The notes under the pieces were generated by a model that saw nothing but the letters and a program-made list of their open reading frames with translations, did no database searches and had not been told where the DNA came from. From Eledone cirrhosa (lineage: Eukaryota), in the NCBI GenBank assembly GCA_964016885.1, contig OZ024747.1:72230001-72294000 (forward strand): a DNA stretch of 64,000 nucleotides. The letters run 5' to 3'. Below, piece by piece: positions 30,170 through 44,595 of this stretch (positions within the stretch are counted from its first letter, which is position 1; each line of letters starts with the position of its first letter). The position numbers and the translations under genes are program-made.

Positions 30170-30450
30170 ATATACAACGTAGTTCTCACCTCAATAAAAT
30201 GCTAGTAGCAAGCTCAGGCTAGATGTAGAATACAGGACAAAGCAAGTTTGGCAATATGTCCAGACCATGTGTAAAATGTAGGTCCTCTAAATCTGGTAAT
30301 AGGCCAAGGCCAGATGTAAAATGTAAGCCCCTACTTAATAAACTTAGACCATACATTAAATGTGGATCACCCACAGTTGGTTGTAAGCCCTGACCAGATG
30401 TGGAATGTAGACCTCCGACAGTTGGTTATAAGCCCTGACCAGATGTCTGG
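30170..30450 (+). repeat. Degenerate ~40-bp tandem repeat
   Basis: Recurrent ..ccagatgt(a/g)aaatgtag.. units. Confidence 0.6.
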
Positions 30451-33044
30451 GCCTATTTCAAGTTACACATTTAAGTATTTTAATAATCAATGCTAAATAT
30501 ATATGATTTATGTATAGGTTACGGTTATATATACATGTACATCTAGTGTAAATGATTTACTTACATGTATTGTATGTATGGACCCACAATTCCCGAGGGA
30601 GTCATAGGGGCACCATACGGCATTTCTTTGATTTTAAGCCTGGCGGAGCCCATCTCCTCTCCAGATCTGAATACAGCAGATTTATATCAGAGAAGGATAG
30701 AGAGGGAGAGAATGGAAGCGAGAAAGAGGTAGAGGTAGAGAATCGACCTCCAGTACTTGACAGGTACTTTTTTTATCGACCTTGAATAGATGAAAGGCAA
30801 AGTTGACCTCGGCTGGATTTGAACTGAGAGAGTAGAGGGCCGAAACGAATACCGCAAAGTATTCTATCCGACGTTCTAACGATTATGTCTGTATTTACAA
30901 GTAATAGAACAAGATAAAACAACTAGATCTTGAAGTAGACACTACGAAAATCGTAAGCCCATATCAACCTATCCATCTGCCACCACCATCTCTTTTTTCT
31001 AGCCTGAATGTGGTATCCACCTAACATAGTCGGGCGATGTGACGGATCAACGGTGGTGTTTTCTATATAGCCACCTGATTTGTGTTCATGAGCAAAAACT
31101 CTTCACTTCACGTTGCTCCAGTATACTCCGCTGAAAATGAGTACCAGCAATAATTGCAGTGTTTAACACTGCGATGGACTGGCGTCCTATCAAGGGTGAA
31201 GTTTTGTACTCTCAGTTGCTTAGCGCCGCGGAGACCAGGATAAGCGCCAGCTTGATGAGCCCCCGGGCTCGAGGCAGACTTAGAACCTGCAGCTTCCAAC
31301 AGTCAATCAAATCATCGACCACTTCCTTCTCCCAGAATATTTAGTCTTGTGTTGTAAGTTATATATTATTATTGGCAGAATCGTTACAGCCTTCGGACAA
31401 AATGTTTTAAGAGGTAAGGAATTCGATACTTTGTAGCAGTTGCTAGCCACTTGTTTTCCTTCTATAGAGGTATTTAACCTCGATTTTCTAAATTATTATT
31501 TATAGCAATCGACTGTGTTTCTAAAACATTTCAATCCAATCAACGTTTCGACAGTTTATTTTTGAAATGTTGTTTTGCAATATTTAATTCCGATCATTTC
31601 ATGTTCTGAGTGCAACATTCCATGGAGGAAAGCTTCGTTCGTTTTTCAAGAGGTCGATGAAACATAATGTCAGCCAAGTACAGAAGATCGATATAATCAA
31701 CTATAGCCGACAGACAAACTTGTGACTCTGTGTCTATGTAAGTAATTATTCTTTGTAGTGCAAGTATTTCGATTCCCAATGGATTTCATTCATTTTCCAC
31801 AACTATTGTTGATCTATTCTCCATATTTATTTCATGTTTATCTAAAGGAATATATATATATATATTCCATGCTCTAGTTCAAGTACAATCTAATAAATGC
31901 TTCATCGTATACTTCTTGTATATTGTATACAATTTCATGTTATGTGTGAGTATATAATAGATTGGTGGAATCTTTGGAACGTCAGACAAAATTCCACAGA
32001 ATTTTTCTTGGTTCATTACGTTGTGAGTTCAAATTCCTTCCCACCGCTGTTAAATTTGTCTTTTAACTTTCCGTTTATTTTCTAATACCATTCCTGAGCT
32101 GTGGATTGGTCAAATACATGGAGTCAGATAAAATTTCATTCGGTATTTATCCTGGTTCTTTACGTTCTCAGCTCAAATTCAGCCTCGTTGCGGTCAAATT
32201 TGTCGTTTGCCCCTCCGTTCGATATTTTATCACCATTCCTGTATGCATGGTCTCGTAACACCCGAAGGTGTAGTTGGGGCACCGTATTGACATACAGCGT
32301 TTCTAGGACATTAAAAAAACTGGCGGAGCCCATCTCCTCTACAGGTATGAATGCAGTAGAAGGATAGAGAGAATGGAAGTGAAAAAGAGGTATAGAGGAA
32401 GAATCGATCTTAAGACTAGACTGGTGCTTTTTTATCGACATTGAATGGATGAAAGAAAAGTTGATCTCGGCAGGATTTGAACTCATAGAGCAGAGAACTG
32501 AAACGAATACCGCAAAGCATTTTATCCGTTCTTCTAACAACTCTGCCATTTTATCCGTCATTCTAACAACTCTACAAATTTGCCTCTTGGCAGAATATAT
32601 GGAATCAAACAAAATTTACTTTCTGATTTCAAACCCTACCCGGTCGAAGTAAACTTTGTATTTCATTCTTCCGTGGTCAATAAAATTAAGTACCACTTCG
32701 GTCAACTGGATTGATGGACTTATAAAAGTGTCGCACAAAACTACCATATTTCATCTGTTTTTTTTTGTTTTTTTCTTAATTGAGTTTCATTGTGGCATCA
32801 CTGGTATGAGTTAACAGATAAACCATAGCTCAGAATAATGATGTCTTTGATAGACGTGATTTATGGGTGACTGTTGGTTAACTCTTAAAAACGCCTTGCC
32901 CAAACTGGTCCCTTGGACAGTAACTTTCCAGCTTCAGAAGCATGGTTAACCTTTGGCTGGCATTGGCGCTTAATCTAAAAAGGTTTTGATGTATGTTCAT
33001 CTTCTTCTTGAATAAAGTTTCTGCCCCTGTACCATACTAAGAAA

Positions 33045-33106
<62 letters not shown>

Positions 33107-33351
33107 CACTGTTGCTGCTGCTGCTGCTGTTCTTGCAGCATTTGCTGTGTTAACAACATTTTGAATTTGGTATCCAATTTAGTTATTGCTAATAGAGATT
33201 AGAATAATACTGGAGAACATTCCGCGCACACGTGCACACATGTGCACACACACACACACACACCACACACACACACACACACACATATATGTATATATAT
33301 ATATGTATGTGTGTGTGTGTGTGTGCGTGTGTGTGAAACCATTTCTATATT

Positions 33352-33389
<38 letters not shown>

Positions 33390-33422
33390 ACTTTGTCTTT
33401 ATTATATAGAAACTATATAATA

Positions 33423-33607
33423 GGGCGGTGGATTGGCAGTATCGGTAGAGGGTCGGACGCCATGCTTTCCAGCATAGTTACGTCCCTTTACGATCTGAGT
33501 TCAAATCCCGCCGAGGTTGACTTTGCCTTTCATCCTTACGGGGTCGATAAAATAAAGTACCAGTAATGCACTGGGTAATTGCTGGCCTTGTGCCTAAAGT
33601 AGAAACA
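33423..33607 (+). mobile_element. SINE family A with 22-bp target-site duplication
   Basis: ATTATATAGAAACTAT(A/G)TAATA at 33401-33422 and 33608-33629. Confidence 0.88.
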
Positions 33608-34775
33608 ATTATATAGAAACTATGTAATATAACAAGTGCAGCAAAATAACATCTGTCTTCTCCATTAAGTGGCTATTAAGGTCTGGTAAGCCGAGTTTAG
33701 TAGAATAGGTGATCTGCTTATGATTTGACGGATTTGGTGAGTGAGTATGGTTTGATTGGCAGGAGTCTAGCTTTTAACCAGTTATTTTTTTTGATTTTTT
33801 TAGTTAATTCTATTGACTGATTAATAGCTTATGTTAATTTAAAAAAAACTATTCTGTTGAGAGCTTAATTCGTTTTGTGATATTTTGCAATTTTGCAATA
33901 ACCACACATACTGAATTCATCCGCCAAGACTAGGGGTTGTCTCCCTTCTAACCCCCCCACATGGGTTTAGATAACGGTCAGTCCTTAGCTTTGCATAGAA
34001 CTAAATGCCTGTTGAAAAAGTGACTTCCTTGTTCGATCATCATACCAAAAGCTTAACATTATTTCTTTAAGCAGGCAGTACCTGATTTAGGAGTTGCAGA
34101 AACCTCATATTGGATTTTACCACCGTTTCCAGGGGTTCGGGTATAATTTTTAATCATATTTTATTATTGGTTTGACCCGAATAGCTTGGTCGTTTCTATG
34201 GCTTTGCGGATAATAGTTTAACCATCGTCTCAGTGGGGTTGGCCTTTTAACGTACGTTGTTGCTCTAGTTCACTAGTTTCTATGGAGCGCTTGCCACACA
34301 TCTCGGAAGTTATTCACCAACCAATCAAATTACCTCTCTAAAAACCTGGCATTTCGAGCCACTTTTTTCCATATAAAACAAGTAACATTCAAAGACCAAC
34401 CAGATGTGAGAAAAACCACAGACCCTCCATCTCAATTCTACTTTTGAAAAGCAGAAGAACTACGAAACCGGTAAAGGAACCAAATAAATATATATTTAAA
34501 AATAAAAGACTCCAGTTGCATTTTCGATTTCATCTTCTTTTCTTATACTTTCCTTCGTGTAGGACACCTCGGTTATCTTTCATTTTGTAAAAAAAATCCT
34601 CACTTTCTAATATATATATATACCGACATAATATATATATATATATATATATATAAATATTAAATTAATACACACATACAGTACAAATATCGAAGTGGTA
34701 GGCTCTCTCTTGTACTGTATATATATATATATATATATATGAAAAGTGTAATTTTCTACACAAAACGAAGGTTAT

Positions 34776-35173
<398 letters not shown>

Positions 35174-35200
35174 CATACATATATATATATATATACATAC

Positions 35201-35260
<60 letters not shown>

Positions 35261-35263
35261 TAC

Positions 35264-35310
<47 letters not shown>

Positions 35311-35315
35311 CATAC

Positions 35316-35392
<77 letters not shown>

Positions 35393-35971
35393 GAACAACA
35401 ACAACACCCAAACAAACAACACTGACCTAAGAGAAGTATAAATAAATAAGTAAATTAAATAAAATAAAATAAGATAAATAAATACATACACAAGCACATA
35501 AACACACACTAGTCACCCAGCAGACACAACACTATACACACTAGTCACACATCACACATAACACTATACACACACGCAAACGCATGCGCAAAGAAGACAA
35601 AATAAAATAAGATAAACAAACAAGCAAATAAATAAATAAATATATAGACAGACTGAACAAAAAAAAAAAAAAATGGCGTAGACATACAACACAACAGGAA
35701 GAACAATGAATATAACACCACTGACGATGTTGCAGATGTGCAACGAAAGATTTATGTAAATTATGTAAACTATATATATATGTGTTTGTCTATATTGTAT
35801 CTGTATTATTTTTGACCGCCGGTCAGTCAATGGCAACATTGAGGACCGAGTAAGTTAGATCGCAGATATATATATATAAAAGACAGAGAGAAGCGAAAAC
35901 CAACCAAACAGTGAGTGTGTTCTGTTATTAATTCTGGCAATATTACGCAAATATGACCCTCCCCAAATATA

Positions 35972-36284
<313 letters not shown>

Positions 36285-36301
36285 CATATATATATATATA
36301 T

Positions 36302-36535
<234 letters not shown>

Positions 36536-36652
36536 CATACATATATATATATATATATATACATACATATATATACATATATATACATACATATATATAT
36601 ATACATACATATATATATACATACATATATATATATATACATACATATATAC

Positions 36653-36719
<67 letters not shown>

Positions 36720-37274
36720 CATACATACATACACATATATATATATGCACGTACACATACATGTACACGTGCTCACACACACCACACGCCACACACACCA
36801 CATATACGCATGCATGCAGGCATGCACACTTGGAGCTATTGATAGCATTTCACTTTGTAGATTTAGTTCAGTGCATATTAAGAATGGGATCTAACAATAC
36901 ATGCAAGTGCTAATTACAAATGATAACAGCTGTATAAACAAATACATAGTAGCTAAGTCTACCCTCAAACCACACCCTGGTGTGTTTAAAAATGGAGGGT
37001 TACTTATAAAGAAAATTTATTTCAAAGGCAGGAATTGACAACAGGTGGGCTGTGGAAATTTAATCAGTGGACTTCGAACTTTTTCAAATGTTTATATGTA
37101 AGATATGCTATAGTATACACGTGGATTATTGACGTGCTCTCTGTGGCCTTCGGATTTTCCAAATTTGTGTATGTAAGATAATATAGTATATAAATAAGGG
37201 CAGTGTGAATGTTCTCTACAGAGTTTTGATCATTTCAAATGTTTGATGTAAGATATGATGAATTATACAAATGA

Positions 37275-37500
37275 CACGTGGCCTTTGGTAAGGGTGTTGA
37301 AATTACAGCATAATGTCGTGGGTTCGATTCCTGTACTGGGATGCGTGTTATGTTCTTGAGCAAAACACTTCATTTCACGCTGCTCCAGTATACTCATTTG
37401 AAAATTAACACCCGCAATAGCTGGGTTTTAACCCTGCGATGGACTGGGAAACCGGGATAAACACCGACTTAACGAGCCTCAGGGTTCGAAGCAGGCTTTT
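37275..37500 (+). mobile_element. tRNA-derived SINE family B
   Basis: A box (cgtggcc..tggt), B box GGTTCGATTCC, ttcttgagcaaaacacttcatttcac core and gcgatggactgg. Other copies at 29930-30055(-), 31075-31300, 41877-42130 and 49268-49560. Confidence 0.8.
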
Positions 37501-37836
37501 AGACAATTGAGGTGACCTCTGTGGGTCTCGGAGCTTTTCAAAAATTTGTATACAAAAAGAAAGGAACTGGTCGTCAGATGCGACAAGGGAAATTGTTTTT
37601 ATTTGTATTTCTATAGCTGATACTATCTGCCGGCTGTAACACTTGACAGAAGGAAGCGAGATTTGAATCAGAACACCCACAGGCAGATCATATAACGTTA
37701 TCTATATGACTCGTTTACGATTCTGTCAATCAACCACTCCTGGACTAGTACTTTATTTATCGACCCCGAAAGGATAAAAAAAGCAAGTTGACCTCGATGT
37801 ATATGAATTCAAAACTCTCTCCCTTTCCTTCGCTCA

Positions 37837-37924
<88 letters not shown>

Positions 37925-39139
37925 CTTCCAGCACTCTCTCTTTCTCTTTCTCTATTCTCCATCTCTCTCTATTTTCCATCTCTCTCCCCTTCTTCCCCCC
38001 TCTCTCTATATATGTAGTTCTAAACAATTTAATTTAATTTTATAATATTATAATTTTACAATTTGGTTTTATAGATCTAGTAAGTTGTTTGTTAACTTCG
38101 GTGGGGAGATTTTTAAAGATTGCTGGTTAACTTACCTGGAGAACTTTCTCGCATTCGTGGTTATTCCGCTGGATCAAGGATTTAAGAGGGTGTCAGTGTT
38201 GACTGAACTCTACAGGGACACCCAAAGCCCTAAAGCGGAAACATAGTACATACTACCAAGTCCTACTCGATTGTGTCACACCGTTCTGCTGGATCAAGGA
38301 TGGGAGAGACGAGAAGATGGCTGTGTTTGATCACTGAAAACACTTTACCGGAAGAATGGTACATGCCACCATGTCATACTCGATTACTAGTAGTGACCAT
38401 AGTTATGTGTGTGTTGCATGCATCTGTGTGTGTATGTGTATAAATAAAAATGTATATATGACTGTGTGTGTGCGCTTGTGTGTGGGCTTGTGTGTGCGCG
38501 CGCGTGTATATGTATGTCTATAAATAAAAAATATATAAATGACTGTGTGCGTGTGTGAGTGTGTGTGTGTGTGTGTTTGTGCGTGTATGTGTGTGTGCAT
38601 GTGTGTGTATGTGCGTGTGTTTCTATGTATGTGCATGTGTGCGTGTGCGTGTGCTTTGTGTGTGTGTATGTATGTGTGTGTATGTGTGTGTGTCATGAAT
38701 AATGAATTTAATTCTTGTGTCTAGGCTGGTTGTCGCTTGCGTCATTGCGAATTAAGTACAATAATTCTGAATGTTGGCAACATTTACAACTCAGTTGCCA
38801 ATTTTTTTTTTCATATACAGCATTTAAAATCAATATCGTAAAGTGCATAAAAATATCTTCTCCTGCAACGGTTAGTATTAAGAGAGTAGTAAACGAATGT
38901 TCTTTGTTCAATGTAAAATGGACGGCGGATAATTATTTTTGCACAGAAATCTAAAAGAAAAATGTGTATCTTATTTATCAAGACTCGGTTTATAAAATGT
39001 TCTTGAATGTCACCATATAAGCAAAGATAAGGAATACGAAAAACTATAAAGGATCCCGTCTGAAGTTAGCATTAGAACGTGTATGCAAGTTAACATTTAG
39101 AAAAGAATCGAATATCATAAGATGTATTACTGAAATAAC

Positions 39140-39330
39140 TGTTTCTACTTTTGGCACAAGGCCAGCAATTATTCAGTGTATTACTGGTACTTTATTTTAT
39201 CGACCCCGTAAGGATGAAAGGCAAAGTTAACCTCGGCGGGATTTGAACTCAGAATGGCAAGGGCCGTAACTCAATGCGTCAAAGCATAGCATCCGACCCT
39301 CTACCGATACTGCCAATCCACTCCCAACTC
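39140..39330 (-). mobile_element. SINE family A with perfect 20-bp target-site duplication
   Basis: AGATGTATTACTGAAATAAC at 39120-39139 and 39331-39350. Confidence 0.9.
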
Positions 39331-39495
39331 AGATGTATTACTGAAATAACGTTACACAAGCATGCAGGGTACATGTTGACCTATTACATATGGCGTTTAC
39401 AATACATCATATATTTTGAATTGAAGTGTTATAGGTCCAGCAGATATGTCGCATGCTGGTTATTCACACTGTATTTTGGAAAAAGTGCGACTCAT

Positions 39496-39554
<59 letters not shown>

Positions 39555-42500
39555 GTATGCATGTATATATATATTCAAAACACGAGGATGCATAGGACAA
39601 AAACAATAGCAAAAACAACGGAAAAAAGGATTGGCCAATCTCTTCAGTCAACCACCCGAAATCACTATAGATTTGACCCATTAAAGTTGACACTGTTCAT
39701 TCTAGTGCACACAGGGACGTAACAAAACAGGCAGAGACAAAGACAGGACAATTTATGCCTTTTGGCGAATTACACAAATATAAATGAAGAATCTCAAGTC
39801 AATTGATAAAGAAAGGAGAGAACTGTGCGCGAGGGTTTAATCAAAGGAGAAAAATATAGAAAGGAAAGGAATAGAAAAACAGAAAAGAATAATATGGACT
39901 CCACTCCAACGTGCAAACAAAGAATATATATATAGATACATATGTGTGTGTGTGTCTGCATATATCCCTCATATATATATGAGGGTGATCTGACTGCTAT
40001 TTCTAGCTTATTTCAAATGGGGGTGATGTGTGAATGAAGTTCTACTTCATTGAAGGGAGATCTGTTTGTCAGTTCCAGAGAGGCATAAATTGACTCCGAG
40101 AATTTGGAACAATCTACAGTCGAAATATATTTTTAATTCTTTTTTTATTTTATATATAAATCTGAATCAATATTCAAAGATGGCGCATAGTTTTTGCGAG
40201 TGTCAAATTTTCTGAAGTTTGATGTTTGTGGCAAACATCGATGGCTAACGTAGTCTAATAATCACTCTCAGATTCCTAACCTATGTCTAAGGTGGTGGAA
40301 GGGATTGTAAAGTCGATGTGACAAGCTCCTTGGTGTCTTCTTCTTCTTCTTCTTCTTCTTCTTCTTCTTCTTCTTTTTTTCTTCTTTTTCTTTTTTTCTT
40401 CTTTTTCTTTTTTTCTTCTTCTTTTTCTTTTTCTTTTCTTCTTCTTTTTTTCTTCTTACTAGTTTGTTCCATTTGTACATCATAAACATTTAATAAATTG
40501 TATATAAGCGACAATGAATTAAAAAAAAACAAAAAAACGATCAATAAGTGTTCGATCGAAAAATAGAGCAAAATCAGTTTTTGTCTTTTTTGTATTTTAT
40601 ATTAAAGCTGTAAAAGCACTAAAGTAAATTGGAAGAAGAAGAAGAAGGAGGAGGAAGAGGAGGTACGATTGCCAGTGTAACAAGACCTGTTGCCTTCAGC
40701 CTTTGCTGGTTAATCTCTTTGCTTTCTCTGTCATTATTTTTTTTTCTTCTTACTTAACTCCAATTTTCCCTCCCGTTTTCCCAGAAACTCGTACTCCTAT
40801 CCAATCAATTTATGATGTGTGTTGAGTTAACTGTATGTAAAACTACAAATCAAAGTCGATTTTGTTAAAAAGGCTATAATTGCTGTTGCAGGAATTATGA
40901 TTTTGTAGAAACTCAATTTGTTTAAGAATATTATTTTATTCCGTACGACTGCATAAAAACATGATTACCGATATCCAAGGTATGATAATTTGTTTTATTT
41001 AATGATGTAGATGATTAAATACAGCACGGTTGACTTTGTAAATTAGAATCATCATTGTTTGGGCTGCTTTTGTTTGTTTGTTTCATGTTTACACGGGTTG
41101 GAGAAAGGCTAGAGCTTATCTCTGTTACATGACCGTTGAGTGGCGTAGAGTATGAAATATCTTCTGGGTCGGGATGCAAGTTCATCGTAGAGTTAACTTT
41201 CAGCTGTTGCTGGGGCTTAGTTCTTAAATTAGAGAATTGCTACGTGGATTTTAATACGTCATTAGTCTATCATTAAGAAACAATTATCTGATACATACAC
41301 AACTGCAGATAAACACAAACACACATACATGAAGATATTGAGTGTATTGCTTTGAAGTAGATTTAGGTCAGTGATTATTAAGAATGGGACCTAACATTTC
41401 ATACAAACACTAATTGCAGTGACAACAGCTGTATAAACAAAAACAAAGCAGCTACGTTTACCCCCATATCACACCCTGGTGTGTTTAGAAATGTAGAGTC
41501 ACATTGAACAGTATAGTCCTAGATACACTATCATCATCACTGGAACATTCTCTAAAAATGTGTAATGTTATGTAAGTGGTAGCAAGACAATAGAGTATTG
41601 AACATCATAGAATTTGGGGACGTTTTAAAGTACCTCAATGTTGAAAATGGTGAAGTTAAACACATTCTTAATTTAGAATTAGTAGACTAATGTGGTTTAG
41701 TGATTTAGAAATTTGAGTCGGTATCGTTGACCACAGAAGATTCGAGATCTTTTAGCTCAACTTTAAATGGCAAGTCTCAGGTTTCTTCGCCCAACAAGTT
41801 GGGCTGCAATCGACAGCGATACTTTTTTCCGTGGCGATCTACTGAAATAAGTGTCATACCCAGGCTGCTTGGAGTCACGTGGCCTAGTGGTAAGGCTGTT
41901 GGACTTAATGTTGTAGTTTCGATTCCTGGGCTGAGTTGTGTATTGTGTTCTTGAGCAAAACACTTCATTTCACATTACTCCAGTGTATTCAGCTGAAAAT
42001 GAGTACCACCAATAGCTTGGGGTTTAACCCTGTAATGGACTGGCGTCTTGTCCAGGGGGTGGGGTCTTGTACTCTCAGTCGCTTCTCGCTATGGTGAGCC
42101 TCCCGGCTCGAGACAGGCTACAGACTTTAGACAAGCTGTTTCACTCAACAAGCTGGTCTGGATCTGCAGCGATAATTTTTCCTGTGGTGACCTACTGAAA
42201 TTGGTATCAAATCCAGGTTTCTTCGTCCAACAAGCTGAAGCTCGCAAGCTGGCAAAATGCTGGCTTTTTTCTGATAGGTTTCTTGTCGACTATATAGCGG
42301 TGAGACTATCTGAAGTTTAGAGTTCCCGAATCATCTCCTACATAGTTCAATCGTGATGGAGATGGCCATTCGCAAGAGTTGGACTGATTCTTTCAGGTTA
42401 TTATCCTCACCATTTTCCTGCATAAATCATTTGTTATTTTTTCCGCTGGGATCTCGAACAATTTTTCATGCTATGATTACCTTTGTTTATTAAAAACGTT

Positions 42501-43038
42501 TCTAATTAGATTTATTTTAAAAGAAGAAACAAAATCGTTAAAATTTCAAATGGTGTCGGGTTTTAATGTTTGAATTACGAATATAGGTAATACCTGTTGG
42601 TATGACGCCAAATGAAGGTAAGAATTTCTTTTCACTAGAGTTAATTCTTTTCAAATCGAATAATCCTTTCATATCTAAATTTAAAAAATTATCTATTTTG
42701 GAGTCTTTTAAATTCTCAATAGTAGATATAGAAAAATATCAGCTTACGAACCACATAGAAAATTGCATCACCGTTTTCTAAAACTTACCAGTTTGAAGTG
42801 TTTTCTTTCTCACCATGGGTGTGTAGTTAAGAGGTTCATAACAATCTCGTAGTTTCGGATACTCTTCTATTTCACCAAACCTTGAGCAAGTATTTTCTGG
42901 TATTGACTCGGGCTGGCCAATGCCTTGTAAGTGAAATTTGGTTAACGGAAACTGTAGAAGCCCACCGTATATATATATATAACTCGTCCCTTGGACTGAG
43001 TGCTCTACCACTACGGATATTACCTTCCAGTGTTCCAC

Positions 43039-43081
<43 letters not shown>

Positions 43082-43116
43082 TTATAAGAATCAAAGAACT
43101 GTTCAAAACATTTTTA

Positions 43117-43163
43117 TGCTTACAACTGTTTCCTCCAAACCGAGGTTTGGATTCTTCGGAGCA
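43117..43163 (-). ncRNA. Hammerhead ribozyme in the PLE 3' repeat (CCGAAGA core)
   Basis: TGCT-CCGAAGA-a TCCAAAC ctcg GTTTGGA g-GAA-ACAGTTGT-A-AGCA, on the same strand as the ORF. Confidence 0.72.
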
Positions 43164-44595
43164 ATTTATTATTGAATGAACACTTATATGACCTCCGTTT
43201 CACCCAAGAGACATACAGATACATATGCAAATATTGTGGGTCAACATTCATTATAGCATTTAGAGTGGCAGTACACACTTAGAGATTACATTCATATCAA
43301 AAGATACAATCAAAAATACAGGTTAAAATACAACATGAAATTAAGCGGTTATATAGTGCAAAGGTTATATGTGTGGCAATCGCGTGCGTCTTGTTTATAT
43401 AGTGTGGCAGAGAGTTACGTGTAATAGAAGCACTTAAGCAGGTAATCGAGAGTGTTAAGGTGGTTGATCTGGTGATGAATTCTTTATATGATTGTTATAG
43501 TCTGTGTGTGGAGAAATAATACAAGTATTAAAAATAGTGTAAGCATTAAAAATATTGGAAATGCGTAGCGAAGCGATGATATGGATTTCATGCACTGCGA
43601 CATTTTCATAGTCAGGGGAGCGCGTTTTTCAGATTATATGCCCCTCACATAATCCACGACGATTCGCTATTGAGCGTTTGACAATCCAGTTAGAGAATCG
43701 TAGTCTGATGTTCTTTAGCTCAATACAAGAGGATGTTACGTTGCGAGAATCGACATCGAAATACTACCCGGAAGTGTGTGTGTGGCTAAGGGGAGTTAAT
43801 GCATGAGGGGAGGTAACTCAGTGGTTTCTATTACTAACTATTAAATTGTGTCTCAAAATAGACCCTAACTTATATGGTTATGGCACTTTCTAAAAAATTT
43901 CTAAAAATTTAAAGTGTTTTAACTATAGAGTAGTCTATTAAGTTGTGCTGAAGGTGGTCTTATTATGGTGATTAGCCCCCATCGCAGAGTGCCACAAATG
44001 AATATTATACACGACGAGCGAGAATTCTAAATTAATGATCTCTGTGATTACAGTCTACTCAAAGAACCAGGCAAGGTGATTGCAGAATCACTTCAACACA
44101 CAATGATCTCTGGCAAGTTCTGGGTCAGTGCTTGCTACATTGGATGTCGAAAGATAATCATCACCAGGGCCGACCAGAGGTCAATCCACAGTCCTCATGA
44201 CTCCAATCTGACCATCAAATCATCCATATATGTACAACCCATACGCCACTTGCAATACATTCATTTACTGCACTCAGCGTACCGGTCATACCGCTCATCA
44301 GTGTTACTAGATTAATTCGTTTTTCACATGTCCAACGATGGCACTTCCTCTGCACAGCACCAACAATACAGTCAATTCAATGCTTAAATTAACTATAAAG
44401 TGGTGTAGTGCAGTTCAAGCAAGTGGATGTTGTCACACCTAAAGTAGAGGTACAAAGGGGTATTCCCCCTGTGAAGGGTTCTAGAGGGATGTTGCGATTT
44501 GTGTTATATTAGATCAAAGAGCGTTGGGTATGTGGTATAAGGTGTGCCCCTGGTGTTTGATGCTAGAGGTGGTGTTTGGTTCAAGCCCGACATTG

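Noticed and set aside
40170-40260. AAGATGGCG start/YY1-like motif suggesting a host first exon
   Set aside because: The ORF closes after 11 codons and there is no other support for a gene.
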